Of a DNA stretch of 64,000 nt, positions 13,433-26,358 are shown one piece after another; positions within the stretch are counted from its first letter, which is position 1; the number at the start of each line of letters is the position of its first letter. Where the stretch lies: positions 107,510,001 to 107,574,000 of the forward strand of contig NW_024704742.1 in the NCBI RefSeq assembly GCF_018977255.1. Direction: 5' to 3'. The notes below the pieces were generated by a model. It had not been told where the DNA came from. It did not search any database and saw nothing but the letters and a program-made list of their open reading frames with translations. This stretch comes from Callorhinchus milii (taxonomy: Eukaryota). The position numbers and the translations under genes are program-made.

Positions 13433-13699
13433 ACAAATGCGTTGTTCTGGAGCCAAGAGACATGTTCCAAAGACTCTCATAGTGTGCTGTGTGACAGCAG
13501 GAGATGTAGCTGCTTATGGTGAGTTACTCTGTTGCGTGATTCTTTGCTCACACATTATGTTTGGGTGCTTGAGACAGACCAAAGGAGATCGTGATGCTTC
13601 TCTCTCCCTTGCTGTGGTTGGTACATTTACTGACAACAGGAAAATCACTCCTGTGAATTTTCCTTCTTACAGAGAATTCTAACAGTCTAATCTAGTGGG

Positions 13700-14030
13700 T
13701 TAAGACAACTCTAAGTATAGCACAAATACAGACCAGAGTATGACTTATAGGTTTAATTCCCAAACTGTGCTTAATGCACTGATCTCTGATAGGGCAGAAG
13801 TAGAGGTGCTATTAAATGGTTTAGTGTCTCTGGGGTAGAAAGAGGAAAATTCAGCCAGGAGTTTCCACTTTCTCACCATGTGACCCCCCCTCCTCTCCCC
13901 CATATGAGTGTTTATTGTGGGTGTTGAGTGAGGACAGTATTGGGCTCAGTTCCGTTATCGCTCACAATCAAATACTGACACTTATGGTCTAGACTCACAC
14001 ATTAAGTATGAACACTTGAGACAGGAAGAA
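13700..14030 (+). mobile_element. Old unclassified SINE-like repeat, copy 1
   Basis: Collinear similarity with 24300-24590 (CTGATCTC..GGGC..GCTA..AA.TGG..AGTG.C.CTGGGG..GGAAAAT.CAG..TGACCCC..TCAAATA.CTG..CACT). Confidence 0.55.
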
Positions 14031-15319
14031 TAGCAATAATAATAAATAATAATCCTAAAATTAATATAGCACCTTATATCATTAAGACATCACAAAGGAT
14101 ATACTGTAAAGTGAATTGACTCTGCATTTTGTGAAACACAGCAGTCAGTTTGTGCACATCAATGTCCGTCCCACAAACAGCTATGGAGTGAGTGACCAAT
14201 TTTACTTGGGGGAATTGTTGGCCAGGACACTGAGAGAACTACCTTCTGGCAATGGCAACAACTTACACTTGCATCTCTCATGGAGTGAAACATCTTTCAA
14301 AGCACTTCATGGGGACCTAGTGGAGCTTGCAGGATGAGAGATGGGGTGGGGGGAAGATACCTGAAGTTGCAGTCAAACAGGTAGGATTTTAGAAGTGGAA
14401 GTTAGGAAAGGAGACAGTGAGGTGGGGAGTTTTATGGAGAGTTTGAGACAGCAGGTGCAATTTGGCTGATGGTTCACTTGGGGAGAACAAGTTTGCAGGG
14501 CTATTGTGAGAGAGAGCAGGGGAATGGGATTGAATTGGATAGCGCTTTTCAAAGAGCCGGCACAGACACGATGGGCTGAATGGCCTCCTTCTGTGCTGTA
14601 TAATTCTATGAGTCTATGATTCTATGATAATGGTGGAGTGGAGCGTTTGGGGGGAGGGGGAGTTAGAAAATGCCTGACTTGACAGAGTAGATGGAGTGAG
14701 CAGGTGAATAGGATTGCAGGAGACCACAGAGGTAGGTCAAGACAAGGGTGTGGAGAGAATAGTTAGTTCCTCTGGAACTATACACCAGCAAGAGGTCTTA
14801 TCTCGAGGAGAGGAGAGAGGAAAATTGGCAACATTTCTATTTTGGATACTTCCATAACCTCTGCTCAATCAATCTGACGATGGTTTGTCTGCGTTTGGGA
14901 ATTAGCTGTGTGGAAAACTGTGCTCTGGATCTCTGGAGAATGTACAGAACAATTTCTTGGTGTACCAATAGCCTACCTTTCTTCAGAGTTTTCATTTGGG
15001 ACTAGGTTTGCAAACAAACAGATCAACAATAAAAGCAAAATCAGATCACAGCCAAACAGCTTGTAAAATAACCAATTTCTATAATCACACTGAAATAAAG
15101 TCTGCAGAAAACCCTGGAGGCTCAGTGCTCAATTCAATTTCAATCAAATGATCCAAAACTAAAGAATAAATTGAGCTTTTTCAACAACTCTCATTACTGC
15201 TACTACCAACTAGATTGCTTCAATAACACTAATGCTGGAGCAACATATTGAAAAAATGTAACATCTAAACATTTGCTCACAGACACTAGCTTTGTCTCTC
15301 CTCAAGATAAGAACTCTTG

Positions 15320-15792
15320 CTGGTGCCTAGTAGGTAGCATTCTCGCCTCTGTGTGAGAAGGTTGTGGGTTAAAGCCCCACGTCAGGACTCAAACCCACAT
15401 AGTCTAAGATGACAGTCCAATCCAATGCTTGGGGGATGTTGCATTGTGCCATCCTTTGGATGAGACACTAAAGCATCGTCCCATCTGCTTGTTCAGGAGA
15501 ACATTAAAGATTCCATGGCGCTACCCAAAAAGAGAAGGGAGTTTCTCCCAATGTCCTGGCCAAAAATCCACCAAATAAAATTGTTCATTCATTTAATGAC
15601 GCTTTGTGGCAAATTGCTGTGTGCAATTGGGCTTCTGCATTCACCTACAAATACACAGTCATTGCATTTCACAATAAATCCTGTGAAGCGCTTTGGGATG
15701 TCCTCCCAACATGAAAGGCGAATTTACAAATGTAATTTTGTTGTCTTCCTGATGTGAAAGGCACTTTATCAAATGCAAGGATTATTATTATA
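15320..15792 (+). mobile_element. Near full-length old Deu-domain SINE
   Basis: tRNA-like head (GGTAGCATTCTCGCCTCTG..GGTTGTGGGTTAAAGCCCCAC), Deu core (GGATGAGACACTAAA..GTTCAGG..AAAGATTCCATGGC) and a partly duplicated 3' tail. Confidence 0.8.
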
Positions 15793-18700
15793 ATTTATCC
15801 CAAGTCCTCCGAAACAAGAGCATAGAGAGGGCGCCTCACTCTTTTTCTGGCTCACGCTGAACATATATAATATTTAATATATAAGAGACTTCTCTAGATA
15901 CATCTTTCTCTAGGTTCCTGAATTACATTGGCAGCTGCTGAAGTGGGGATGCTTCTAAGATAAGAACAATGCTGCCTACTTCATTTTTTCCCTCTTTTTC
16001 ACTTCTATTTGTAAAAGTATTGACGGCTGTTCAGATTTAGAGAAAAACATTATTTCTTTTAGTACAGAATCCTACTCAAGTTACAGTCGAGGTGATTTTA
16101 ATATCATAGGAAAAAATATTGTATCATCCAGGATCTTTTGAGCAGAGATTTCCTTGCCTGTGATAGGCTTCCTGAGCGCTAATATCTTTTGATGCTCATG
16201 AATTTTTACATGTAAATAAACACCACAAAGTTGCAAATATGAAAAGGTTAATGTCATCAGCTTGAGCAGAATGCCAAGTATGTGGTCGGCAGTGAGAGTT
16301 GTTGGCTGATTTCAGGCTGAAATCACAATCGATCTGAGCTTGAAATTTATTAAGTATTTATATGAACTAAAGTAACCCTTTGGAGTGGTGCTTTATTTGC
16401 CAGTAAACTTAATGCACTTTAAATAAGAACATATGACATCAGGCAAGACCATAAATACAACGTACAATTAATATGGTCAGGAGGACGTCAAGTGCTTGAC
16501 AATGCTGGAAGGACAGCCGAGCTGGGAGTGGGAGCTGAGAAGTGTGGGGAGGAGAAAGATGACCAAATGGGTTGTCTTGATATGAATTTCTTTTCAAAAC
16601 ACATTTCATTAAAGTACATTAAACATAGAGCATGTGTTTATTTGTTTGTAAACTGCAATGTAGGGATTTAGCCTTTGTTGCAGCCTGTATTGCCTCCTGA
16701 AGAAGCAGCCAAAGACATGCTGCCTTCATCTTGGATCCCTCAACTGATACACATGTTCACTTTCAGGGCCAGCTCATCTCAACACTGTCTGCATCTTTCC
16801 AGGGCTGGAATTCAACAGGACTACATTTCCCCTTAACGTTTAAGGTCGAATTTTACAGTTCAGGAAATCACTAAGAATCCATTCATATCATTGGTGTCTG
16901 TGCTGCAATGTACCACCTAATCTGTGCTACAGACAAGTTAGTGAATCAGGAGCTTTAAAGAACCAGAAGTACCAGGGTGAGAGAACTGATCCTCAGTACT
17001 CCATAGTTAACACTGGGCACAGAAGAGAGCAGCGAATGAGAAAAGGCCATTTAGCCCATCCAGCTAGTTTCTTAACAAAGAATTGTACAAATGGAGACTT
17101 CATTGAGTAAATGAAGGTACATCATGCCAAAATACAGCATGTCCCAGTCTTCCATTATTTCCAAAGGTAATTAAAAAAACTCCAGAAGACTACATCTATC
17201 CATCTGCACAGCTCCACTATTCAACCCATATGGAAAATTGACTCAGCGTGTCTTGAACACCATTTTAAATGGGGTGTGACAAGCCAACACAGGTCCAAAC
17301 TGTGGTTTAAAAAAAGTTGAGGAAAATGGGGATACTACCATTTAAATTTTAACTTCAAGGTTTGCCCCTCTTATATAACTCACTTTACTCTCTGATACTC
17401 CCTATCTCTCAGATCCATTAAAATCCTATTCCTCTGCCCATCCCTTCCACTCAGCTAAAAGGTTTGCTGCACATCCCATTCCTCTCCATCACCATTGATG
17501 GCTGGGCCTTCAATTATTTTAGTTAATACTTCTGCAACTTTCAGAACTCCTTGTCTCCATCTCTCCACTTACCCCTGCTCTATCTATGCTTAATCTCACC
17601 TTGAAACGTACCACTTCGACCACCCCTATGGTCATTTCCCCTTGCCCTGTCTTCCTTGCTCAGCGTCCGATAAGTCACTTGCAGCAGTCTAAGACATCCT
17701 TCATAAAGGGCACTATATATGCGAAAACTGTTGTTGTTGGTGTTGTACTACTGGCATCTATCTCACTGCCAAAAAAGTGTCTGTCTATGTAACCTATGTT
17801 TTCCATAAGGAAACGGCTACATGTTATATCAATATAGGAGATCTGGCCTCTGACTTAAGATGCTCTCAGATCTGAGGTCTCGTGCGTCAGCTTGACACAC
17901 AAAGGATTTCCTGCAGAAAATGTAGTTTACATTACAAGCCACTTTTCGAGTGGCGAGTAACTCTACCGCATTTGCCTCAAGGGAATGTTTTCAATCCCAC
18001 TGTGTCAGATTCAAAGATTCATCCAGTTAACCCAACCTGACCCAATTCAAGACACCTGAGGGGTAGAATTGAATTTGACCCTTATCCCTATTGTGCTGAA
18101 AATGAAAAGGTGCCTTGTGACCCAAAACACATAAATCTGATTTAATGCCTACGTTATGATTTTCACTGCAATATTACAGGGCACCTGTGAACAAAGAAAC
18201 AGCAAGTAAAGCTATATGCTGCTTATGGGACTACAATTGAATCCATCATAAAATAACTCATTTATTAATAATTCACACAATGGATGCTGTGATCGAGCAT
18301 TCAAGCAATAATTTACAACTTGCGACTTTCTTACAGCACTGAAAAGAAAATCATTTTAAAATGAAATGGGGGAAAGATGCACAGAATATATAATGAGACA
18401 ATGTTAGATTAGAAATATAAACTACTTGGATGTTGCTTGACGTATCGTGTGAATGCCATTAGTCAGTGTCTTATTTTTCATAATTTGTTGTGGTCTGTCG
18501 TGTGTTATCTGCAAATGTTAACCAAAAATATTCATCCGTTAATAAGTCATTTGTAACAGAACAGATTAGCACACTGCTGTGAAGATGATGGCTCTGTCTG
18601 TAGACTGGTGGAATTGCCCATCAATCGTATACCTCACGAATTGGTTTGTCAGCAAAAAATCTCTGCCTGAGACTCGATCACCTCAGATGTCAATCATCAT

Positions 18701-19042
18701 TAACTTTCAAAAAAATTAATAACGGCTTTTCCCTTAATCCAGATACATAAAGCTCAACTATAATTCATCAATACACTGCATGTGAGACACTAACCACTTG
18801 CTCATCATAATTTTAATAAATAATTATTGTATCGATATTGCACCTTTTACATCAAGAGGGTGTCTCAAAGTATTTCACAGGATTTACTGTAAAGTGCAGT
18901 GATTGTGTATTTTGTATGCTGAGGTGCAAAATATTGTATTAATTTATTGAGTTTGACATTCATTCAGAAAGAACACCTGTTTAGTTTACAGGAGGCATTC
19001 ATAGCTTTAAAATTTGAGGCGAGCCTGAGAGCTATATGCTTT

Positions 19043-19263
19043 TAATAATAATAATCCTTGCATTTGATATAGCTCCTTTTATTAAGGGATTATTACCCGT
19101 GGAAAATCGATCTGCCAAATCAACTAACAACCGGGTTCCTACTTAATGCTAGGTTGACAGAGACATGTGGAGGAAGGAAACCTGCCTAAGGTTTCGCTGT
19201 GCACGGGAATCGAACCCTCTCGCTAGCAAGGCAAGTGCTTTAACCGACACACTACAGATTCCA
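19043..19263 (-). mobile_element. tRNA/CORE SINE, long subfamily, internally deleted
   Basis: Head, CORE and the TAAGTAGGAACCCGGTTGTTAG block are joined directly to the tail. Confidence 0.7.
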
Positions 19264-21157
19264 CTGAGATAGAAACCAATGCATCCTGTTATCTCAGTTT
19301 GTGAGAGCTAAATTTAGTTCTTGCTCCATTCCTAGATTTACAAGTTTCATAAATGTTTCATAAATGTACTCTCTACAGTTACCTGTGGTGCTATCTATTC
19401 CCAAATCCAGCTGTCAGCTCCTATTGAAGCACCACCCGAGCTAAGATAAGTGCTGGTCAAAAATTTAAAACTTCAGGACCTGGAGGAATAGCATAATAGC
19501 AGTACATTTTATTATGAACTGGTGTTCTCAGGATATCAGCCTCCAAATAGTACGTAGCACTTAGCTTCCAGTCTTCTCACTTATCCAGTGCATTTGGAAT
19601 TTATTGCTTCACACACTTCCTCATAATGGAATTGGACACTTCCCTAAAATGAGACAGAAATACAGCATTCAGTCAAATAGTGGGAAATTATAATTAAGGC
19701 TGTGAATGACAAAAATTGAACTAAGATTCCTTAATTTGTTACTTAAAGTGCCAACAATCCGTATTGAATGAATGGTTCAATAGCAATAGCCAGTTGCATA
19801 GTAATCTTTATATTGTATTGTGTTTCTTTACAGTTTATATCTGCCAAAAAATAGCTGAGCATTGCACCCTTTCCAGAATCCAATAATAGCAGTATATTAT
19901 CAAAGTAGGTTTAGAAATGTAAAGTACCCGAGGCATTGAATAGCCTAGATAAAGTAAATTATAATCTCAGAAGAGTGCAGTCTCATGCACAAATAACATT
20001 TCATTCCTCTCTTCATGGAGATTACATTGAACCTTCCAAAATCATTTACTTGCTAACTTTCAACAGCAGTAATGCAGACTTTCAGCACATTGTGCTGGGT
20101 CAAATTAAAATTTTACCTGAAGGTATGTACAAGTCATTAAAGAACATTTAGAAACAGTGTGTTAACAATTTATTTATTTTGTTGCTGCTTGTGAGTTATT
20201 TTTGTGTACACACTGACTTCCTTGTTTGCCTATGAACTATTCATGGTCACACCATTTTACAGTGAATCCCGTGAAATGCTTTGAGATGTCCTCCCGATGT
20301 GAAAGGAGTGATATCAAAAGCATCCATTATTATTGAAAAAGGGTAGAATTAAAGTAATCGGAAAGGCTTCAAACTGAAACTGGAACTTGTGGACTTTTAG
20401 ACAATCAGAATCAAAAACTAGAGAAACAGGACAGGGAATGCACAGGTAGCAGGTTATTGAAGAAAACTGTAACACATGAGATGGTAGGGCATGACTTCTT
20501 ACTTGCAATACCATGCGTAGTGAATGTTGATCTCAAATGCGGTGCATCCAAACATACTGAGTGGAAGCTGCAGAAAAGGAAGGAAATACCTGAAAGCTTG
20601 TCTCTCTCAGATGCTCTCATGCACTTTCCGATAGTAAATTCTAGGCAATTACCGGTAGCTCCCTGGGAAAAAGTACCATGACATTCAGGAAACTATTCTC
20701 TTCCTTGTGGTGCCAGAGAATGCATGTGATTTGTGGAGTGGCAACACAAAAGAGAAGGATTTGAAGAAAATTACTGCTGCTCTACCCCCACAAAACAAAT
20801 CATGAATATTCCTTTGCTAAATACATTGCTTTACACTGACACTTTAATGGTGCTGTATAACTAAATTGAATTTCTACTTTACCTTTTTCCTGAATTCATC
20901 TTAGCCTGTAGTACATTTTATCTATTAAAATATTAATGCACTGAAAAAGACGAGCAAAGAGAAAGATGCACTGAATCAAGTAAATCTAATGGTTAATCTA
21001 CTAGAGGTGGATTAAACAATAGATTTTAAAGTACAAAAAAAGTAAAAGCTTATTGCAGCTTTCACTTAACTCTATGCAGACCTGCTATTCCCTCTACTCT
21101 ACGGAATCTGGTCTGCTCCATGTCCCCCACCATCAGCGGTCTGCGACTGTTCTCACC

Positions 21158-21971
21158 ACTTGATGTACGTGCAAATGTTATTAATGCTTTCATACTAAGT
21201 GGCCTCTGCTTCTCTCCTAACCCTGAAGGTGTGAGTCCCTATTTTGAAGGTGACTCAACCAATTCAGAATCACGCACAGACAGATATTCCCAGTTAACCC
21301 CAATGCCCGGTAACTGGAATGTCTAATCAGAGGCTGCTCTCACTAACAGACTTCCAACATTGACAACTACCCTCCTTTTCTTGTCTGGAATACTACAGAG
21401 ACTCGAGGATACATTCGGTGGAAGCAACAGCTCTTTATTAAAACCTAGCAACCCTTAGCTATCTTGCATACAAGGAACACAACAATGGAAGACATACAAC
21501 AATGGGATCAAACATAACAATCACACATAACTATAGCAACTGGCTGCACAAAACGACATTAGTAAATAAATATTAAACTAACCTGACTGTACAGTAGTCC
21601 TGTACACGTCAGTACGTACTGGATGACGACCATTACTTAGCGATCACGAGGAGCGCCGAGCATTGCTTTATATAGGCGTGTGGCTCTGACCACCGTATGA
21701 CGCGACTGCGAGGGCTTTAACCTGCCCTAGCGCCCAGGTGTTATTTTGCTCTGTAGACTGCTTGTCAGTACTTGTTACCTGACTGTCAATCAAGCAGCCC
21801 TGGATCTATTACTTTGTTGTAACTGGTATAGGCTGTTTGCTAACTCTGTGCTGCAAACAGCTACTGCAACTTGGAATCTTACAGAACCCATTTCCCCTAA
21901 AAAAATTATATATTTATAAACACATATTATTTACACATTACAAAAGAGTGCAAGAATAGAGTAACTGTAAC
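21158..21971 (-). mobile_element. LTR-like element (solo-LTR type), copy 1, inserted in an L2 3' fragment
   Basis: Near-identical to 45791-46628. On the minus strand, TATATAAA (21667-21674) lies upstream of AATAAA (21434-21439) and the element ends ...TACATCA. L2 sequence continues on both sides. Confidence 0.7.
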
Positions 21972-23079
21972 CGATTGGGCCTTCAGCCTCTCTGCCCCCA
22001 CCCTTTGGAACTCCACCCCACAGTCCCTTCACATTGCCCTCTCCGCTGTCCCCTTCAAGACTCGTCTGAAGACCTTCCTCTTGGACTGCACCTTCAGTCA
22101 CCATCCTACCTCCACCCTCCCTGCCCTCCACCCTTCCTGATTCCAACCCCCATCTCGGATGCAAATTCTTGACTGTTCAGGGCCTTTGGGCATCCTCCCG
22201 AGGTGCTATACAAATGTAATTTGTTGCTGTTTTTGTTTTCACTGGTACAGTTGATTAATTATTATTTGTTGTCTGTCATTTTCTATGATTCTCAAAAGTT
22301 CCTTGATGAAGTAGTGTTGTGAGAGTGTTTGAGTGGTGGACTATGTAATTTTTTAAATTCCACCAAATGTTTCAAAACATTTAGTGCTTCCCCAAACCGT
22401 GACAACCACACAGCATTGCAACATGACTTGAAGATTTCTGGAAAAATGTTTACAGGAACAAGAAAAAAGTGCATTAACTGCAAATATGCACATATTGTTT
22501 GTAGTCTAATCCCAGCGCTTTAAAACAATGAAATAACATCTGTGCTGTTCTGAGGAAAGACAGCAGTCTATATGTTTCCTTTGAAGACCTGTTACATTTT
22601 TGATGTGTTTTGCTTCAGAGCTACATGTTATCAATTGTCAGGTGTCAGCTTGGCTCAGTTGGTAACAATGTTGCCTCTAAGCCAAAAGATTTTGAGTTCC
22701 AGCTACACGGTTGTCGTGGTCCTGTCGTTCCAATGAGCCATTAAACTGAAGAATTATCTGTCTGTTTGGCCAGTCCATGTTAGAAGCGCAAACTATTTCA
22801 CACATCAGGCAACCATGGATCCACAGGGCACCTGTGTTATAAGTGAGCTTGTACTCTAACAAGGCACCATATAATGGGGTCGCCCTTTATAAGCTGCTTT
22901 ACGAAATGCCACAAATTTCACCGCCATACTCCCTTATTCAGAATAGGAGTAGTTAAAGCACGTAGTATTGGCTTGTGGTTTGTGTCTGTGAATACTAGAT
23001 CATTATACAAACAAAATAAGATTTAATTTACATTATGAGTGACATTAGACTTTCAAGCCTTCATAATTTAGATGCATTA

Positions 23080-23398
23080 TAATAATAATAAATAATAATA
23101 ATCCTTACATTTGATATAGCACTTTTTACATCTTCTCGACGTCTCAAAGCGCTTCACAGAATAGACTGTAAAGTAAATTGACCATATATTTGTGGGCGAA
23201 ACCCGGCAGCCAATTGCACACAGCAGTGTCCCACAAACAGTCACGGATTGAAAGTGATTATTATTGTTTTTGTTTTGGAGGGATTATTATTAGGCGTGTG
23301 GAGTAAGGAAACTTGCCCAAGGTTTCGCCCTGCCTGGAATTGAACCCAGGTGTTTCGCTTGCAAGGCGAGTGCTCTAACCACTGAGCTACAGGTCTCC
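23080..23398 (-). mobile_element. Full-length tRNA/CORE SINE (short subfamily)
   Basis: Same head, CORE and tail as 13117-13432, with a variant stem-loop. Confidence 0.9.
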
Positions 23399-24299
23399 AC
23401 ATTTGCATTTATCCATTGATTGGACTTGTTTGGTCGCATTCATGACCAAAGTTTTACATAGAACTGTATAGAAATTCACAAAATGTTACAGCATGGAAAC
23501 AGACCATTCAGCCCAACTAGTCTGGTTGGTGCTTATACTCCACCTGAGTCCATCCCTTCTAATCCCATCTCCTCCACTCATCTATTCCTTTCTCCCTCAA
23601 TGTGCATCAAAAATCTTCTTAAATATATTGATACTTTCTGCTACAACCACACCTTCCGGGAGAGAATTCCACATTCTCACCACTTGCTGTGTTAAGACAT
23701 TCTGCTTGAACTCCTATTAGATTTGTTGGCAGCTATTACAGATTTATACCCCCTTTTTGAACCCACCAACAAGTGGGAACAGCTTATTAAATGGATAACC
23801 ATGTTCAATGAATTTCCAGGGTACCATTATATTCCACTTTTTGGCAGTGTCACTTGTGAATTTATGGTTGAAAATTAATTTGGAAAAATTACTGCAAACC
23901 AAAAGCAAAATAAAGTTTCCTATTATAAAGTCACTTAGGCTTACGTTATTGCACAGGGAGCCCTTCATGTGCAATAAAGAACTCCATAAAGCTGCCAGAA
24001 CAGGGATTTGCAAAAGTAGCATTTCACAAGCTTCCTTGGTTTATTTAGATACGAGCAAATGAAATTTTGTAATCCTCAAACAACAATTTATTCTGTCAAG
24101 AAATAGTCAATTGGACTTGAAGATTTATTGTAGAAAATATTTCAAAGCCTGGTAAAATATTTGCTGTATAAACCTGAGTTAACCTGATATATTTTAAAGT
24201 AAATCTAACTGTTTGTGGGTGAATTACTTGATATTTGTTACTCATAACCAGCCATCAAAATGGAAAGGTTGTGTTTAATGATGCAGGTCTCTCTTGACG

Positions 24300-24590
24300 G
24301 GTGTCTGGATAAAACCACTTTTTGTACTGAACGATTCAGACCTGAAATGTGTTAAATTCAATCCTTGATCTGCGCTAAGTGAGTTAATCTCAGCCGGGGT
24401 TGCACAGTTGGGTTACTACAATTGGATGCAGTGCCCTGGGGCTGGGAAGGGGAAAATCAGGAAAGGTTGTTCCTGGTTGAGATCCAATGACCCCTACTAG
24501 TAAGTTTACATTTGCGAATGTCAGATGAAAAGAGATTCGGGATTAGTTTTGATTTCTCTCATGGTCAAATAACCTGCTGAACACTCACTT
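24300..24590 (+). mobile_element. Old unclassified SINE-like repeat, copy 2
   Basis: Collinear with 13700-14030. Confidence 0.55.
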
Positions 24591-26079
24591 TTCATAAAGG
24601 CTGAAATTCTACTTACCTTTAATTAGTACAATCCACTGGTATGTAAAAAAATGCAGAATTGTTGATTTTGGTAGTAAAATGTTAATGTAATTACTATGTT
24701 CTGCCATGCTTCACATTGTATTCTGCCATGTTATTTCAAGCACCTGCAAATTTATCAATGAAACCAATTACTTTCACATCAGTATTGCCTAGAGAATCCA
24801 CTAATTGTTTTTTGGTTAATATTCCAATAATTCCCTGGCAGCCTGGCTCTACATTTAGAAGAATTGAGAAACAGATCTCACCGATCAATATTCACATTAA
24901 ATAGCATTATTGATTTGTTCTGATCAGAGTCACTGAACAACAACAACAACTTGCACTTATATAGCGCCCTCCACACAGGGAAGTGTTTCAGAATGCTTAA
25001 CAGTGGCGAAGCCTGACTCCGAGCTGGGCGGGATGTCCCTAAACACAGTCAAAGAGTTTCAGGGCACAGTAGCTGAAAGCACAACCTCCGATGGTGGGGC
25101 AGAGGGGGCGAGGGACGAGCGTACGTATGCGGGCGGCAGAGTTCTGAATGGGTTCTGAACTCGAGCCAACATCAGATATTGTTCCAGTCCCTGTAAAGTT
25201 CCCATTATGGAAAGTTTCAATATATTACCCATTGTCATATATGTCACGTCAGAAATAAGAGTATAGGTCCATGATTTATCCTGGAGCTATCTGCACGGGT
25301 ATTTGGGTATTGAAAGTAAACGTAGAATGGAAAATTCTTTACATAAAAAAAATTGAATGTTTGTAGTATTAGGCTCAAAAATGGTGCTTCAAAAATGCAA
25401 ACTTTGATAAAGTGGTTTATTTTTAGTTATAAAGTGGTGTTTTGGGCAAAACATTATACCTGTGTCCACTAATATGCAATGGACTGGTGATGTTATCAGA
25501 TTTGAAAAGTGAGACACAGAGAGAGAGATAGAGAGAGGAGGATGCAAAAAGAGAGAGGGAGGGAGGGAAGGTAGGAGAGGTAGAGATGGAAGAGTATGTA
25601 CCTTTCTCTCTATCTCTGTCTCTCTCTCTCTACCTCCCTCTCCTTGTTTGCCTTTGTCTCCTCTTCCTATCTCTATGACTCTTTCTATCTCTGTCAAACC
25701 AGACCAAACCAATAATATGCAAAATACATATGTATTTTAAAGTACAGTTATAAAAGCCCTTTCACTGCATGCCCTCTGTACACATTTCTACTCAAAAAAA
25801 TACAATTGTGTTGAAATTCAATAGTTATGATGTCAAAGTGCTAGATTTCCAACTAAGGTTCAAATTGCAGTGTTGACTGGATTGTGACCAAGCTGCTACT
25901 AGCCATTGTGTTTCAGCATTTTTAGTCAAACTATTTGGAATGAGGGCATATCGACAATTTAGTCCTTATTTCTCAAGTAGCTTTACAGAACTGTGTCTTC
26001 TCAGAGGCATCCTTGTGTTTAGTTGCCTTCCAGCATCATTAAGATGACAGCAGTTATCTTGAGAGGTAGTTGTTCCCTC

Positions 26080-26358
26080 AGAGAATACCTTTTTGAGATT
26101 TAACCTCTGCACAACATTTGAGGCATTTACGGCATCCAAAGGAAGCAAGCCATTACTGAGCTTTGTCACCTTATCTATGATGAACTTGAATTACACAGTA
26201 CTGTAAGCATAGCCTTGCCTGTCTACATAAGGCTCACTGTAGCACTGAACTTTTGTGGGTCTGGTTCAGTTCCACCCCCTGGGGGTGACATAGAAGGGGT
26301 TAGTGAATTCATTGTGCACACAGGTATTCGTCTAGTTACCAATTGTTGGTTATTCTGA
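26080..26358 (+). pseudogene. PIF/Harbinger transposase N-terminal relic
   Basis: 26149-26358 translates AITELCHLIYDELELHSTVSIALPVYIRLTVALNFCGSGSVPPPGGDIEGVSEFIVHTGIRLVTNCWLF*. This matches the Harbinger/HARBI1-type pattern ALPV..K/RLTVALNF.A/GSGS....GD..G.S...VH..I..VT. Confidence 0.75.
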
